Positions 10,006 to 20,220 are shown, counted from the stretch's first letter. The stretch is DNA of 64,000 nt from Candidatus Woesearchaeota archaeon (GCA_047602745.1 JBLKOJ010000003.1:4912-68911); one strand, 5' to 3'. The notes: generated by a model not told the origin, from the sequence alone. Program-made: numbers and translations.

Positions 10006-10539
10006 ATGTCAATATTATTTTACTTTAGACAAGTTAAAAAAGGTCAAGCAGCAATTGAGTTTTTAATGACCTATGGTTGGATGCTTTTAGTAGTATTAAT
10101 TGTAGGGGCGTTGATATTCTCGTTTGTTGATTTTGGGAGTTTACTTCCAAATCAATTAGAGTTAAGTAACAATTTAAGAGCTGAAGCAACTGATATGGTA
10201 GGTTCAGCTGCTTCTGATCAGGTTCAAATAGTATTTACATATTTAGGAGCAAGAAGTTCAACTATTGATCCAAATGATGCCTTAATAGCACTAGATGTAG
10301 GAGGAGGTACTTGTACTGCTACTGAGGTTACAAATATTGATACTGGTGCAACTGAAACTCCTGGAAATGAAGTATCATTCATTAACGGACAGTTAGGATT
10401 AATGACCTTTGAATGTCCCACTGGTCAATTAATTTTAGGAGATATCTTGGAAGGAGAAGTTAGAATAGATGTTCGAAATCCTAGAACCACATTGACTACA
10501 ACAAGTAGAGGTTCTATTAGACTTAGAATTGATGAATAA
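10006..10539 (+). CDS. Archaeal type IV pilin-like protein (class III signal peptide)
   Basis: The N-terminus is ...RQVKKG/QAAIEFLMTYGWMLLVVLIVGALIF. It has a basic n-region, Gly at -1, Gln at +1, Glu at +5 and then a hydrophobic helix, the classical prepilin-peptidase substrate pattern. Confidence 0.6.
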   Translation: MSILFYFRQVKKGQAAIEFLMTYGWMLLVVLIVGALIFSFVDFGSLLPNQLELSNNLRAEATDMVGSAASDQVQIVFTYLGARSSTIDPNDALIALDVGGGTCTATEVTNIDTGATETPGNEVSFINGQLGLMTFECPTGQLILGDILEGEVRIDVRNPRTTLTTTSRGSIRLRIDE

Positions 10540-10592
10540 TTAATCTCATAATTATCACAAAAATTTATAAATTTTTTTTTTTACATATAATT

Positions 10593-11102
10593 ATGAAAAA
10601 TAAAGCCCAAGCTTCTTTTGAACTCTTATTAATTTTAGGATTTTCTTTAACTATGATAATTATAGCAGGCGGTTATTATGTATCTTATTCAAGTAATGCC
10701 TCAGATAACCTTAATTCTGGACAAATTGATAGAGTTTTTACTGATGTACTGGGGAAGTCAACTAGAGTTTTTTTTGCAGGTAATGGAAATAGAATTACTA
10801 TTGAAGCCTCACTTCCAGATGGAATTGAAGAAATAGCCATTGAAAGAGGTATTACGTCTGCTTCCTCAGAAATAGGTGTAGGTTTAAATTTTTCTTATAT
10901 TAATGTAACTTCGATAAGAGGTGGAGAATTTGTAAGTCAAATTTTTGCACCTGATGATATTTACATTAAACTTGATTGTTCCTTTTCTTGTACACATGAT
11001 GGAGATAGAGCAGTATTTAATCAGGAACACTTAAATAGAGGCCCAAAGAGAATTAGAGTTGAATCAAGAGGAGGTTTTGTTGAAATAAATTTTATTAATT
11101 AA
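10593..11102 (+). CDS. Archaeal type IV pilin-like protein (class III signal peptide)
   Basis: The N-terminus is MKNKA/QASFELLLILGFSLTMIIIAG, with Gln at +1, Glu at +5 and a hydrophobic helix. It lies adjacent to the other pilin-like gene. Confidence 0.6.
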   Translation: MKNKAQASFELLLILGFSLTMIIIAGGYYVSYSSNASDNLNSGQIDRVFTDVLGKSTRVFFAGNGNRITIEASLPDGIEEIAIERGITSASSEIGVGLNFSYINVTSIRGGEFVSQIFAPDDIYIKLDCSFSCTHDGDRAVFNQEHLNRGPKRIRVESRGGFVEINFIN

Positions 11103-11170
11103 AATTTTATCAGATTTAATATTTATTATTTATTATATATATTTTTAAATACTCTTCATTTTCTATTTCT

Positions 11171-12133
11171 ATGTTAAGAAATACTATTAAAGATTCTTTT
11201 GAAAAAAGATTTAAACTTTTACTTAATGAAGAGTATGAAGAGTTTATTGAAACAATCTTAAAGCCTCAGAGAAAATCATTTAGAATAAATACTTATAAAG
11301 TTAAAGATGTTCAAGTATTAAAGGACAACTTAGAAATTAGAGGTTTAGAACTTGAAGAAGTAAAATGGGATAAAAATTCTTTTTTTGTAAATTTAGATAA
11401 AGAAGATTCAAGATCAGATTTAGGAAATTTATTTGAACATTTTTTAGGCCAAATTTATGTTCAAGAGGCAACTTCTCTTCTTCCACCACTTGTTGCAAAA
11501 ATTCCTCTAAGTGTAGGAGATGATTTTAAAGTATTGGATATGTGCAGTGCACCTGGCTCAAAAACAACTCAACTTGCTGCTATGATGAAGAATAAAGGAG
11601 TATTAGTTGCAAATGAATTAGATTATTCAAGACTTGCACCTTTAAAATTAAATTTAGAACGTTCAGGATTTACCAATATTGTAATTACTAATGAAGATGG
11701 AACTAAGATAAAAGGAGAAGAAATATATGATAGAATAATTTTAGACGCTCCTTGTTCGGGTTCAGGAGTAATTAGAAAATCACCAAGAACTTTAAAAACG
11801 TATAATCCTTCTCAACTTCATCAAATTACATCAATTCAGAAAAAATTATTTAGAAGAGCGTTTGAGTTACTTAAAAAAAACGGGATTTTAGTATATTCAA
11901 CCTGTTCAATGGATCCTGAAGAGAATGAATTTATAGTTCATTGGGCATTAAAAGAGTTTCAAGAAAATATTGAGCTTAAAAATATTGAATTTGAGGGTAT
12001 TGAAAAGAGAAGAACAGTTTCTAATTTTGAAGGTATTAAAATTAGTAAGGAAATTCAAGAAAAAGTTCTTAGAATATGGCCTCATCACTATGATACAAAT
12101 GGTTTTTTTGTTAGTATATTTAAGAAAAATTAA
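11171..12133 (+). CDS. RNA cytosine-C5 methyltransferase, NOL1/NOP2/Sun (RsmB/Trm4-like) family
   Basis: SAM-binding motif DMCSAPGSKT, catalytic motif IV DAPCSGSG, and motif VI YSTCS. Confidence 0.8.
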   Translation: MLRNTIKDSFEKRFKLLLNEEYEEFIETILKPQRKSFRINTYKVKDVQVLKDNLEIRGLELEEVKWDKNSFFVNLDKEDSRSDLGNLFEHFLGQIYVQEATSLLPPLVAKIPLSVGDDFKVLDMCSAPGSKTTQLAAMMKNKGVLVANELDYSRLAPLKLNLERSGFTNIVITNEDGTKIKGEEIYDRIILDAPCSGSGVIRKSPRTLKTYNPSQLHQITSIQKKLFRRAFELLKKNGILVYSTCSMDPEENEFIVHWALKEFQENIELKNIEFEGIEKRRTVSNFEGIKISKEIQEKVLRIWPHHYDTNGFFVSIFKKN

Positions 12134-12140
12134 ATCCAAA

Positions 12141-14192
12141 TTAGTTCTTTATTAAATAAAATCCAAATCCTAACGTTAGGATTAAAAACAAATATGAAAT
12201 ATTTTGAACTTTCTTAATTTCTTGAATTTTTTGTTGTTGAAAAGGAGTTAATTCATCAGCTAGAGTACTTTTTTCTTGAAGAATAGTTCTAAGTCGGGTA
12301 TTAGAAATTACTTCTTGCTGAGAAGATGATAATATAATATTTAATTCTGAGTAAGATAATGCTAATTGTATATATTGTAAGGCACTTTGTAAATTTCCTA
12401 CTTCCTGAAGAGACCTTGAATATTCATATGAAATAAATGGGATTAATGGTAATTCTCCTTGAGATTTAAATTGCATTCTTTCAACAGTTATCCTTTGAAG
12501 TTCATCAATGAGTGAAATTGTCTCATTATCATCACTTACAGCTGAACTTCCAGTTAAAATAGTATTCATTCTCCCTTTAAGTTGCATTGCATTAAATATA
12601 CATAAAAATGGATTTTCTTGGAAAGATTCTTCTATTCTCTCAATTTCAGATGTGAATACATCTATTGAAAATTGTAAAAGGAGTTGATTTAAAACACTCG
12701 TATCTGATATATATAGTCTACAGATTTCTTGAGCTCTTAAAAAAGAAAGTTCAGATTCTCTTTTATTAGAACTTCCAAAAACACTCCCCCATTGCTCAAC
12801 TGTAGTCAATCTTTCTTGAGCAAGACTAAGTTGTTGAATACTTAAAAATAATTCTCTATTCTCAAAAATATCAATCTTATTAGTACTATTAAAAATTCTT
12901 AATTCGTTTAATTGAGTACTATTCATTGAATTATTTTTAAATAATGAAAATTGATTTGAAGAATCCTCAATAAATTCTTGAGCTTCAAATATTCTATTTT
13001 GAACTAATAAATACACAAAAATATCATTTAAATTATCAAGTGTTTCTGGAAATATTCTTGGATTATATTGTTCTTTTTTAGAATTTATTTGGTCTTGAAC
13101 AACTCGAGTTTTATTTAATATTAAATTTTCTAAAAACCCAACTGTGGTTATATTTGAATGTTCTGATGTATTTATAATAAATTCATTAATTTTAAATTCA
13201 ACTGTATTAACATTTAAAAGTGTTTTTAAACCGATATTAGCACTATAACAAAAACTACCTTGTGAGTAAAATTCTTCATTTTCAAATGCTATTTTTGAAA
13301 AATTAAATTGACCCAAACTATTTTGGATAAATGAGTGGTTAATTAAATTTTTTTCCTCTAATTTTTCAATATATATCTCTGAGAGTGAACATAGTTCTTG
13401 AGCAATATATTTCATTGTTGAAGAATACAATTTAGTTTCAAAGGGTTCTACATCTAAAGAAACTGTCTGTTGAGGAAATTCTCTTTTTATAATTGAGAGA
13501 ATATCTAAATCTTGTATCACTTCTAGAGAGTGTATTTTTGAAAGTTCCTCGATTTGAGTTTGATTTAAAGAGTTAAAAGGGACATATACTCTTTGAATAT
13601 TTCTTCTATGTGCCTCTTGAACTTTTTCAAATGTTCCTCCTACTCTTCCTACAATTCCATTAGAATTTAAATTTCCTGTAAGTGCAAAAGAGTTATCTAA
13701 TGATAAATTATTAATAGTTGCATACATTAAAAGTCCAATTGAAGTTGATGCTGAAGGGCCTCTTAGAATTAAACTTCCACTTTCAAAAGTATAATAAAAA
13801 TCAAATGAATTGCATGGGAGTTCCAATAACGTACATATAGTATTTTGTGCGTTGGTAATTGAGATTTGAGTATCTAACTCAGTATATGAATTAAGATTAA
13901 TAAAAATGTTTCCCTCTCCATTTGTAATTCTAAGGTTTAAAGGAATAGTTGAAGCAGAGCCAATTTCTCCATCTATCTCGTTAACTGCTAAAAGCGGTAT
14001 TGAATTTTCAAATAAAATGATATCATCTTGTTTTACCAATTCTATCTGATATATTGAATATAATTGAAAAAAAATAAATATTGCAAATGTAGAAAGAATT
14101 CCAATTAGTGCAACAATTCTTAAACTTAGAGAATTTTGTGGTCTCTTCTTAAGTTTAGCTGTATTTTTTTTATTATTAAGTTTAAAATTCAT
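12141..14192 (-). CDS. Membrane-anchored Lon-like (S16) serine peptidase domain protein with a long C-terminal extension
   Basis: N-terminal TM segment (IVALIGILSTFAIFIFFQLY). A Lon proteolytic-domain-like block follows, with the Ser motif LRGPSASTSIGLL and the Lys motif GIVGRVGGTFEKVQEA. About 440 further residues of unknown function end in a C-terminal TM (ISYLFLILTLGFGFYLI). Confidence 0.5.
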   Translation of the reverse strand: MNFKLNNKKNTAKLKKRPQNSLSLRIVALIGILSTFAIFIFFQLYSIYQIELVKQDDIILFENSIPLLAVNEIDGEIGSASTIPLNLRITNGEGNIFINLNSYTELDTQISITNAQNTICTLLELPCNSFDFYYTFESGSLILRGPSASTSIGLLMYATINNLSLDNSFALTGNLNSNGIVGRVGGTFEKVQEAHRRNIQRVYVPFNSLNQTQIEELSKIHSLEVIQDLDILSIIKREFPQQTVSLDVEPFETKLYSSTMKYIAQELCSLSEIYIEKLEEKNLINHSFIQNSLGQFNFSKIAFENEEFYSQGSFCYSANIGLKTLLNVNTVEFKINEFIINTSEHSNITTVGFLENLILNKTRVVQDQINSKKEQYNPRIFPETLDNLNDIFVYLLVQNRIFEAQEFIEDSSNQFSLFKNNSMNSTQLNELRIFNSTNKIDIFENRELFLSIQQLSLAQERLTTVEQWGSVFGSSNKRESELSFLRAQEICRLYISDTSVLNQLLLQFSIDVFTSEIERIEESFQENPFLCIFNAMQLKGRMNTILTGSSAVSDDNETISLIDELQRITVERMQFKSQGELPLIPFISYEYSRSLQEVGNLQSALQYIQLALSYSELNIILSSSQQEVISNTRLRTILQEKSTLADELTPFQQQKIQEIKKVQNISYLFLILTLGFGFYLIKN

Positions 14193-14349
14193 GTTAGTAC
14201 ATAAAGTCTAGTTTTTTTAAAAGTTATGTGTTTGAAGAATCATAACTAATAATAAACTTTGCTTTAAAGTAAATTTTTTCCTTAGTTAAAAGTTTGTAAT
14301 GAAATATAATTGCAAATTATTTTAAATTGAATTAAACAAGTTCTAAATA

Positions 14350-15633
14350 ATGTACGAAGTTGCTAAAAAAAATTTCTCATTTTTACTCATAGGTCAATTT
14401 ATTTCTCTTATTGGAGATAGAATTTTAGTTGCTATGTATCTCTCAATTGTTGCAATTCTGGTAAGTTCTCAAAATTCTTGGACTTCTAATTTGCTGATAA
14501 TTTTACAATTTATTCCACTATTTTTCTTAGGGTTTTACTTTGGTTCACTAGCTGATATTTACAATAGAAAATATTTGTTAATAATTTCAGAGAGTATTAG
14601 GATACTCTCAATTATATTACTATTATTTGTTCAAGATAATTTGGTATTAATTTACCTTACCGTTTTAATTTTAGGATTTGGATATGCACTCTTTGAACCC
14701 GCTCGAAAATCAATACTTCCTTTTTTAATTAAAAGAGAAGATTTAGTTTCTTGGAATAAATTATATTCAACTATTGAATTAATTGGTTTATTAGTAGGAT
14801 TGCTTATAGCTTCAGTAATATTATCATTTGTTTCTATTACTACAGCAATTATGATAACTATTTTTACATACGTATGCTCAATATTGTTTTTGAGTTTAAT
14901 TTATTATAATCATACTAAAATCAAAGAAGAATTATCAAAAGAAGAGGAAGAGGAATATCTTCAAAGAAAAATTATATCTTCTAATACTTCTAATTATAAT
15001 ATTTTCAAAAATCAATATGTGAGAATAAAAAAAGGTCTGAGCTATGTTAGTACAAATTCAAATTTAAGAAGTATTTTTATTGTCATATTTATACATTTCT
15101 TAGCATGTTGTATGTTTTTTGCAACGTTAAATGATTTTGTGATTAAAACAACTTCAAATTCAATAGATGTAGGTTCAATTGTGAGTTTTTATTTACTTCT
15201 CATAGCAATAGGAGCAATTACTGCGTATCCTTTGCTGCAATATATAAAACATATTAGAGATGGTGTAATTACGATAATCTCTTTAGGTATTGGGACAATT
15301 CTTCTTTTTATATTTAGTATCATAATTGAATTTAAAATATTTGAATTAGCTCCATTTGTGTTGTGGGGAGTACTTCTCTTAATTGGAGTAATTGTAGGAA
15401 TTCAATATTTACGATTTATGTATTTACTTCAAATTTATTCTAAAAAAGAATTTATGGGAAGAGTGATGTCAGTATTTGAGTTTATTACAAGTTTAACAAT
15501 TATACTTGGAATTGGAATTGGAATGATACTTAGTGAAATATTAGGATATGATATGGCATTTTATATAATTGTATTAGTGTATGGAAGTGGATTTATATAT
15601 TTTTTTATTAAAAGAACATTAGTTACGTGGTAA
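14350..15633 (+). CDS. Major facilitator superfamily transporter
   Basis: About 12 predicted TM helices. The N-terminal FLLIGQFISLIGDRI is typical of the MFS (EntS/MFS_3-like) family, and a charged central loop is present. Confidence 0.7.
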   Translation: MYEVAKKNFSFLLIGQFISLIGDRILVAMYLSIVAILVSSQNSWTSNLLIILQFIPLFFLGFYFGSLADIYNRKYLLIISESIRILSIILLLFVQDNLVLIYLTVLILGFGYALFEPARKSILPFLIKREDLVSWNKLYSTIELIGLLVGLLIASVILSFVSITTAIMITIFTYVCSILFLSLIYYNHTKIKEELSKEEEEEYLQRKIISSNTSNYNIFKNQYVRIKKGLSYVSTNSNLRSIFIVIFIHFLACCMFFATLNDFVIKTTSNSIDVGSIVSFYLLLIAIGAITAYPLLQYIKHIRDGVITIISLGIGTILLFIFSIIIEFKIFELAPFVLWGVLLLIGVIVGIQYLRFMYLLQIYSKKEFMGRVMSVFEFITSLTIILGIGIGMILSEILGYDMAFYIIVLVYGSGFIYFFIKRTLVTW

Positions 15634-15655
15634 TTTTTCAAACTATGTTACTAAA

Positions 15656-16405
15656 TTAATTACTTCTACTATTATGAGCTTGTAGTACTTCATCAAGTGT
15701 AGTAATGTCTTCAATACGTTTATCATGAGTTCTAAGAGCAATAACTTTTGGAAATCTTAATGCATATTTACTCTGTGTTGTTTGGGATTCTTGTAAATCT
15801 TGGTAAGACACTTGTATAATTATTTCAGGTTTAAAATATATAACTCCTGTTTTTGAATCTTCTTTTTGAATTAGAGGTGTAAGAAGAGATGTTAAATGTT
15901 GAATTGATAATTCTCCTTCTTCTTTTTCTGTAACTCCTGAACCTACCTTGCCAATTGTTTTTAATTCCCCTAAATTATTTTGAACTGCTACATAAAAACT
16001 TGAAAAGTAACCTCCTCTTTTACCAACACCTCTTTGAGCTGCTATAATTACAACATCAATATCCTCAGATGTAGGCTTCATTTTATACATATATCCTACT
16101 TTTTTTCCTGCTTTGTAAGGTTTATCTAAAATTTTAATCATTATTCCTTCCTGTTTATCATTAACAGCTTGCTTGTAAAATTCTTCAAGTTCTTCTTTTG
16201 AATTTGCAATTGTACATTTTGCAGGAGATATTTGAAATATTTCATGCATTGCTTTAAGTCCAAGTTCATCAAAAATAGTTAATTTATAAGAGCAAGGTAG
16301 TTCAATGACTTTAAGATGTTTATTTTCAAATATAATTTTTGAAGAATTTTCATCATTAGAGTTATTTTGAGTAAATTTAAGTAAATCCATTTTTATTATA
16401 TTCAT
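15656..16405 (-). CDS. ATP-dependent DNA ligase, C-terminal fragment (nucleotidyltransferase motifs IV-V plus OB-fold with motif VI)
   Basis: Motif IV EGIMIK, motif V GYMYKMKP, OB-fold region, and motif VI LRFPKVIALRTHDK. It lacks the motif I lysine and the DNA-binding domain. It begins 26 nt downstream of rnz on the same strand. Confidence 0.75.
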   Translation of the reverse strand: MNIIKMDLLKFTQNNSNDENSSKIIFENKHLKVIELPCSYKLTIFDELGLKAMHEIFQISPAKCTIANSKEELEEFYKQAVNDKQEGIMIKILDKPYKAGKKVGYMYKMKPTSEDIDVVIIAAQRGVGKRGGYFSSFYVAVQNNLGELKTIGKVGSGVTEKEEGELSIQHLTSLLTPLIQKEDSKTGVIYFKPEIIIQVSYQDLQESQTTQSKYALRFPKVIALRTHDKRIEDITTLDEVLQAHNSRSN

Positions 16406-16431
16406 GAAATAGTTTTTTATTTTATTACATT

Positions 16432-17349
16432 TTATTTAATTATAACACTCATCAAATCATGCGTCATATGAGTTTTTTCAAAATATTCTTTTGCTTCTTC
16501 AAAAATAACTGTTGGATCTTTATAACGCTGCGAAAAATGAGTAATATACAATTCTCTCACATTACAATCTCTTGCTATTTCAGCAGTTTCTCTGCCAGAC
16601 ATATGGTCATACTCCTCTGCTTTATGTGCATGTTCTTTGTATAAAAATGTAGCTTCCATAATTAAGTAATTACTATTTTGAGCAATAAGTTGAACTTCTT
16701 TGCAAGGTCTTGTATCAAATATGAATGTTATTTTAAGTCCTTCTTTTTTGTATGTTATCATTTCGGGAGTAATTGTTTGTCCATTATGTTCAATATCTAA
16801 ACCCATTTTTGCTCGTGCCAGAAGAGGAGAGGTTGTAAGTCCAAATTGTTTAGATTTTTTAGGGTCAATATTTAGTACATCCTTTTCTTTTAAAGTATAT
16901 GCAAGACAAGGAACAGAGTGGTTTAAATTAACACATGAAATTGTAAATTGTGAAGTTGAAATAATTTCTTGTAATTCTTCTTTTTTTGGAGTGTGTTCAA
17001 ATACTTGTAAATCAAGTTTAGTATCAAAGATCATAGATTGTTTCATATGAGATATATAATTTAAAGTTCCTTTAGGACCATGAATTTCAATAACTCCAAC
17101 ATTTTGAGTATTTCCTAAACTCATTAATAATCCTGGAAGACCCAATACATGATCTCCATGCCAGTGAGAGATAAAAATTCTTTTAACATGGCTTAAAGGT
17201 AATTTTTTCTTTTTAATTTGTAATTGAGTATGTTCTCCACAATCAAAAAGCATTAATTCTCCATTTAATTCAAGACATACACTGAGATGATTTCTCTGAG
17301 GAGTTGGCATCATACATCCTGTACCTAGAAAATGGAGTTTCTTTGTCAT
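16432..17349 (-). CDS. rnz: Ribonuclease Z (tRNA 3' endonuclease)
   Basis: Metallo-beta-lactamase HxHxDH motif (SHWHGDHVLGLPGLL). N-terminal LHFLGTG and C-terminal ITHFSQRY are typical of short-form RNase Z. Confidence 0.85.
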   Translation of the reverse strand: MTKKLHFLGTGCMMPTPQRNHLSVCLELNGELMLFDCGEHTQLQIKKKKLPLSHVKRIFISHWHGDHVLGLPGLLMSLGNTQNVGVIEIHGPKGTLNYISHMKQSMIFDTKLDLQVFEHTPKKEELQEIISTSQFTISCVNLNHSVPCLAYTLKEKDVLNIDPKKSKQFGLTTSPLLARAKMGLDIEHNGQTITPEMITYKKEGLKITFIFDTRPCKEVQLIAQNSNYLIMEATFLYKEHAHKAEEYDHMSGRETAEIARDCNVRELYITHFSQRYKDPTVIFEEAKEYFEKTHMTHDLMSVIIK

Positions 17350-17454
17350 ATTAACTAAACTAACTTATATTTTAAATACTTTACCCATAATAAGATTTTA
17401 AAGTTAAATGTATACAAATATTTAAATATATTATTTATATATAAATTCTTATAT

Positions 17455-18177
17455 ATGGTTCAAACAACTCATTTTTCATTAAAAGATTTAGAGTTAGGAA
17501 TTCCTGTCTGGGAAAATAACGCTGAAAAACTCACAGCAAAAGTTGATTTTAAAGGATTTTATAAAGAACTATTCATACAGTTAATTAAAGAAGGATTTAT
17601 TGATGGAAGTGAATACCCCAGTTCAGATGGGGACGGTTTTGCTCTTAAAAATGAAAATGTTGAGAAGTTTGGAATATTAGTTAATCCTGGACAAGATGGA
17701 GTTATCAAAGGATTTGAAGGGACTAGACACAATGGTTTCTTTGAAAAGAGACAACGATTTGTTAAGTATTCTACGGGTGATGCGTATGATTTTGAAACAA
17801 CTTGGCACTTTAGAACTAAAACTCCAGTACTTGAGTGGTGGTTTGATTTTAAAATGGATATTGCATGTCGTGATTACAAAAATGTAGAAGTAATAGTAAA
17901 TGGTCAAAAAAAAATTATGCAACAAGGGTTATGGGAATTTAGAAATAAAGCATTTATGTTTCCAAGACTCACAAGAATTAAAGAGATTGAGAAAATTACT
18001 AAAAGTTTAGAACCTTTCATATCTCAAAAAAGAATGGAGAATATTATGCTTAATATTATTTGGTTTAATAAAATTAAATATGATGAACATTGGTGTAAAA
18101 CAAAGGGTTGTGATTACATATATGATATTATAAATAAATATTTTAAAGGAGGAATTAAAAATTTTCACAATAACTAG
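17455..18177 (+). CDS. Hypothetical protein
   Basis: 240-aa ORF with no motif I recognise. Confidence 0.35.
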   Translation: MVQTTHFSLKDLELGIPVWENNAEKLTAKVDFKGFYKELFIQLIKEGFIDGSEYPSSDGDGFALKNENVEKFGILVNPGQDGVIKGFEGTRHNGFFEKRQRFVKYSTGDAYDFETTWHFRTKTPVLEWWFDFKMDIACRDYKNVEVIVNGQKKIMQQGLWEFRNKAFMFPRLTRIKEIEKITKSLEPFISQKRMENIMLNIIWFNKIKYDEHWCKTKGCDYIYDIINKYFKGGIKNFHNN

Positions 18178-18240
18178 ATAAAATTAGGTAGAAGAGTCTG
18201 GAGTTTCAATTATTTCGGTCTTATTACAAATTTAGTATTA

Positions 18241-20220
18241 CTATATGAGTTCTTTTTTGTATTCATCTATTAAATCCCTATATTTAATTGCTCTTTCAAA
18301 ATCTAACTCCTCACTCGCTTTTTGCATAAGTCCCTCAAGTTCAATAATTTTTTGCTCAATATCATAATTTGTCATTGCTTTAACTTCACTCTTCACACTT
18401 GGAGTTTTTCCTTTTTTATCTTCTTTCTTCTCCTCCACATTTTTAATAATCTGTTGTGGAGTAATTCCATGTTCTTGATTATATTTTTCTTGTTGTTTTC
18501 TTCTATATTTAGTTTTCTCAATAGCTGCTGTCAAAGATTTATTCATTCTATCTGCAAATAATGTCACTTTCCCATCCACATTTCTTGCAGCTCTTCCAAT
18601 GGTTTGAATAAGAGATTTCTCATTTCTTAAAAATCCTTCTTTATCAGCATCAAGCACACACACTAAACTCACCTCAGGAACATCAAGTCCTTCTCTAAGT
18701 AAATTAATTCCTACTAACACATCAAAATCTCCTGCTCGAAGTTGTCTAATGAGTTCAATTCTCTCTAAACTATCAATATCACTGTGTAAATATCTCACTT
18801 TAATTCGCTCTTTAGCCATATATTCTGCTAAATCTTGGGCCATTCGTTTTGTGAGTGTTGTGACAAATACTCTTCCACCTAAGTGCCGAGAATCTTTGAA
18901 TTTCTCAACTTCTGCTTTTATTTGAGAAATACATTCCCTCACTTGCCCCTCACAGGGTTTTACAGTAATTACGGGGTCTAAAAGCCCTGTTGGTCTAATA
19001 ATTTGTTCAATGAGTTGAGTAGATTCATTGAGTTCATATTCACTAGGAGTTGCACTTACAAATAAACAATTTTTAAAATATTTCTCAAATTCATGAAACT
19101 TTAATGGTCTATTATCAAATGCACATGGTAGTCTAAATCCATATTCCACTAAATTTTTTTTACGTGCATAATCTCCATTATACATCCCATGAGATTGAGG
19201 TATTGTCTGATGACTCTCATCAATAATGAGTAAAAAATCATCTCCAAAATAATCCAATAATACATGAGGAGGAGTTCCCACTTTTCTTTGTTCAAAATGA
19301 CGAGAATAATTTTCAATTCCTGAACAATAACCAACTTCTTCAATCATCTCCAAATCATACTTTGTTCTTCTCTTAAGTCTTTCAGCTTCAAGCATAGAGA
19401 GTTGAGGAAGCCACTCGTCAAGCTCAGCTCTAATATTATCAAGAGCTGATTTAATTTTCTCCTCTGTTACTGCAAATTGTTTAGCAGGATATAAAGAAAT
19501 TTCATCAACATCTTGAATCACTTCTAAACTCACACCGTCTAAAATCGCAATTCTCTCAATTTCATCTCCAAACATCTCAATTCTCACAATCGTATTATCA
19601 TACGCTGGAAACACCTCAATAGTCTCTCCCCTTACCCTAAATTGTCCACTCTCAAGAGTTCCCCCCGTTACTCGTTCATAGAGCATTTCTACAATTTTTA
19701 AAAGTAGTTGTCCTCTGTATATTTCATCTTTAACTTTAATTTTTTGTGATAATTCTTTAAAGTCCTCGGGATTTCCAGCACCATAAATACACGATATACT
19801 AGCTATCACAATAACATCATCTCGTGATAGTAATGAAGCCATTGTTTTGAGTCTCATTTTTTCAATTTGTTCATTTACTGTTGCTTCTTTTTCAATATAG
19901 GTATCACTTGTTGGAATATAGCTCTCTGGTTGGTAGTAGTCATAGTATGAAATAAAATATTCTACTCTATTTTCAGGAAACCATTTTACAAATTCTTGAT
20001 ATAATTGAGCTGCAAGTGTCTTATTATGTGCAAGTATGAGTGTTTTTTTTTGTAATTTTTCAATCACATTGGCCATAATAAAACTTTTTCCTGAACCCGT
20101 AATTCCAAGTAATGTTTGTTTGCAATTATTAGGATTTTTTTTAAATTCCTCAGTTATTTTAGAAATTGATTCAAGTTGAGGAGGGGTTGGTCTGTAGGTG
20201 GAATGTAGTTTAAATTTCAT
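18241..20220 (-). CDS. uvrB: Excinuclease ABC subunit B (UvrB)
   Basis: Walker A GITGSGKSF, helicase motifs (IIDESH, TPS, VGINLLREGLD, QTIGRAARN), and the C-terminal UVR domain (LDFERAIKYRD). Confidence 0.95.
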   Translation of the reverse strand: MKFKLHSTYRPTPPQLESISKITEEFKKNPNNCKQTLLGITGSGKSFIMANVIEKLQKKTLILAHNKTLAAQLYQEFVKWFPENRVEYFISYYDYYQPESYIPTSDTYIEKEATVNEQIEKMRLKTMASLLSRDDVIVIASISCIYGAGNPEDFKELSQKIKVKDEIYRGQLLLKIVEMLYERVTGGTLESGQFRVRGETIEVFPAYDNTIVRIEMFGDEIERIAILDGVSLEVIQDVDEISLYPAKQFAVTEEKIKSALDNIRAELDEWLPQLSMLEAERLKRRTKYDLEMIEEVGYCSGIENYSRHFEQRKVGTPPHVLLDYFGDDFLLIIDESHQTIPQSHGMYNGDYARKKNLVEYGFRLPCAFDNRPLKFHEFEKYFKNCLFVSATPSEYELNESTQLIEQIIRPTGLLDPVITVKPCEGQVRECISQIKAEVEKFKDSRHLGGRVFVTTLTKRMAQDLAEYMAKERIKVRYLHSDIDSLERIELIRQLRAGDFDVLVGINLLREGLDVPEVSLVCVLDADKEGFLRNEKSLIQTIGRAARNVDGKVTLFADRMNKSLTAAIEKTKYRRKQQEKYNQEHGITPQQIIKNVEEKKEDKKGKTPSVKSEVKAMTNYDIEQKIIELEGLMQKASEELDFERAIKYRDLIDEYKKELI

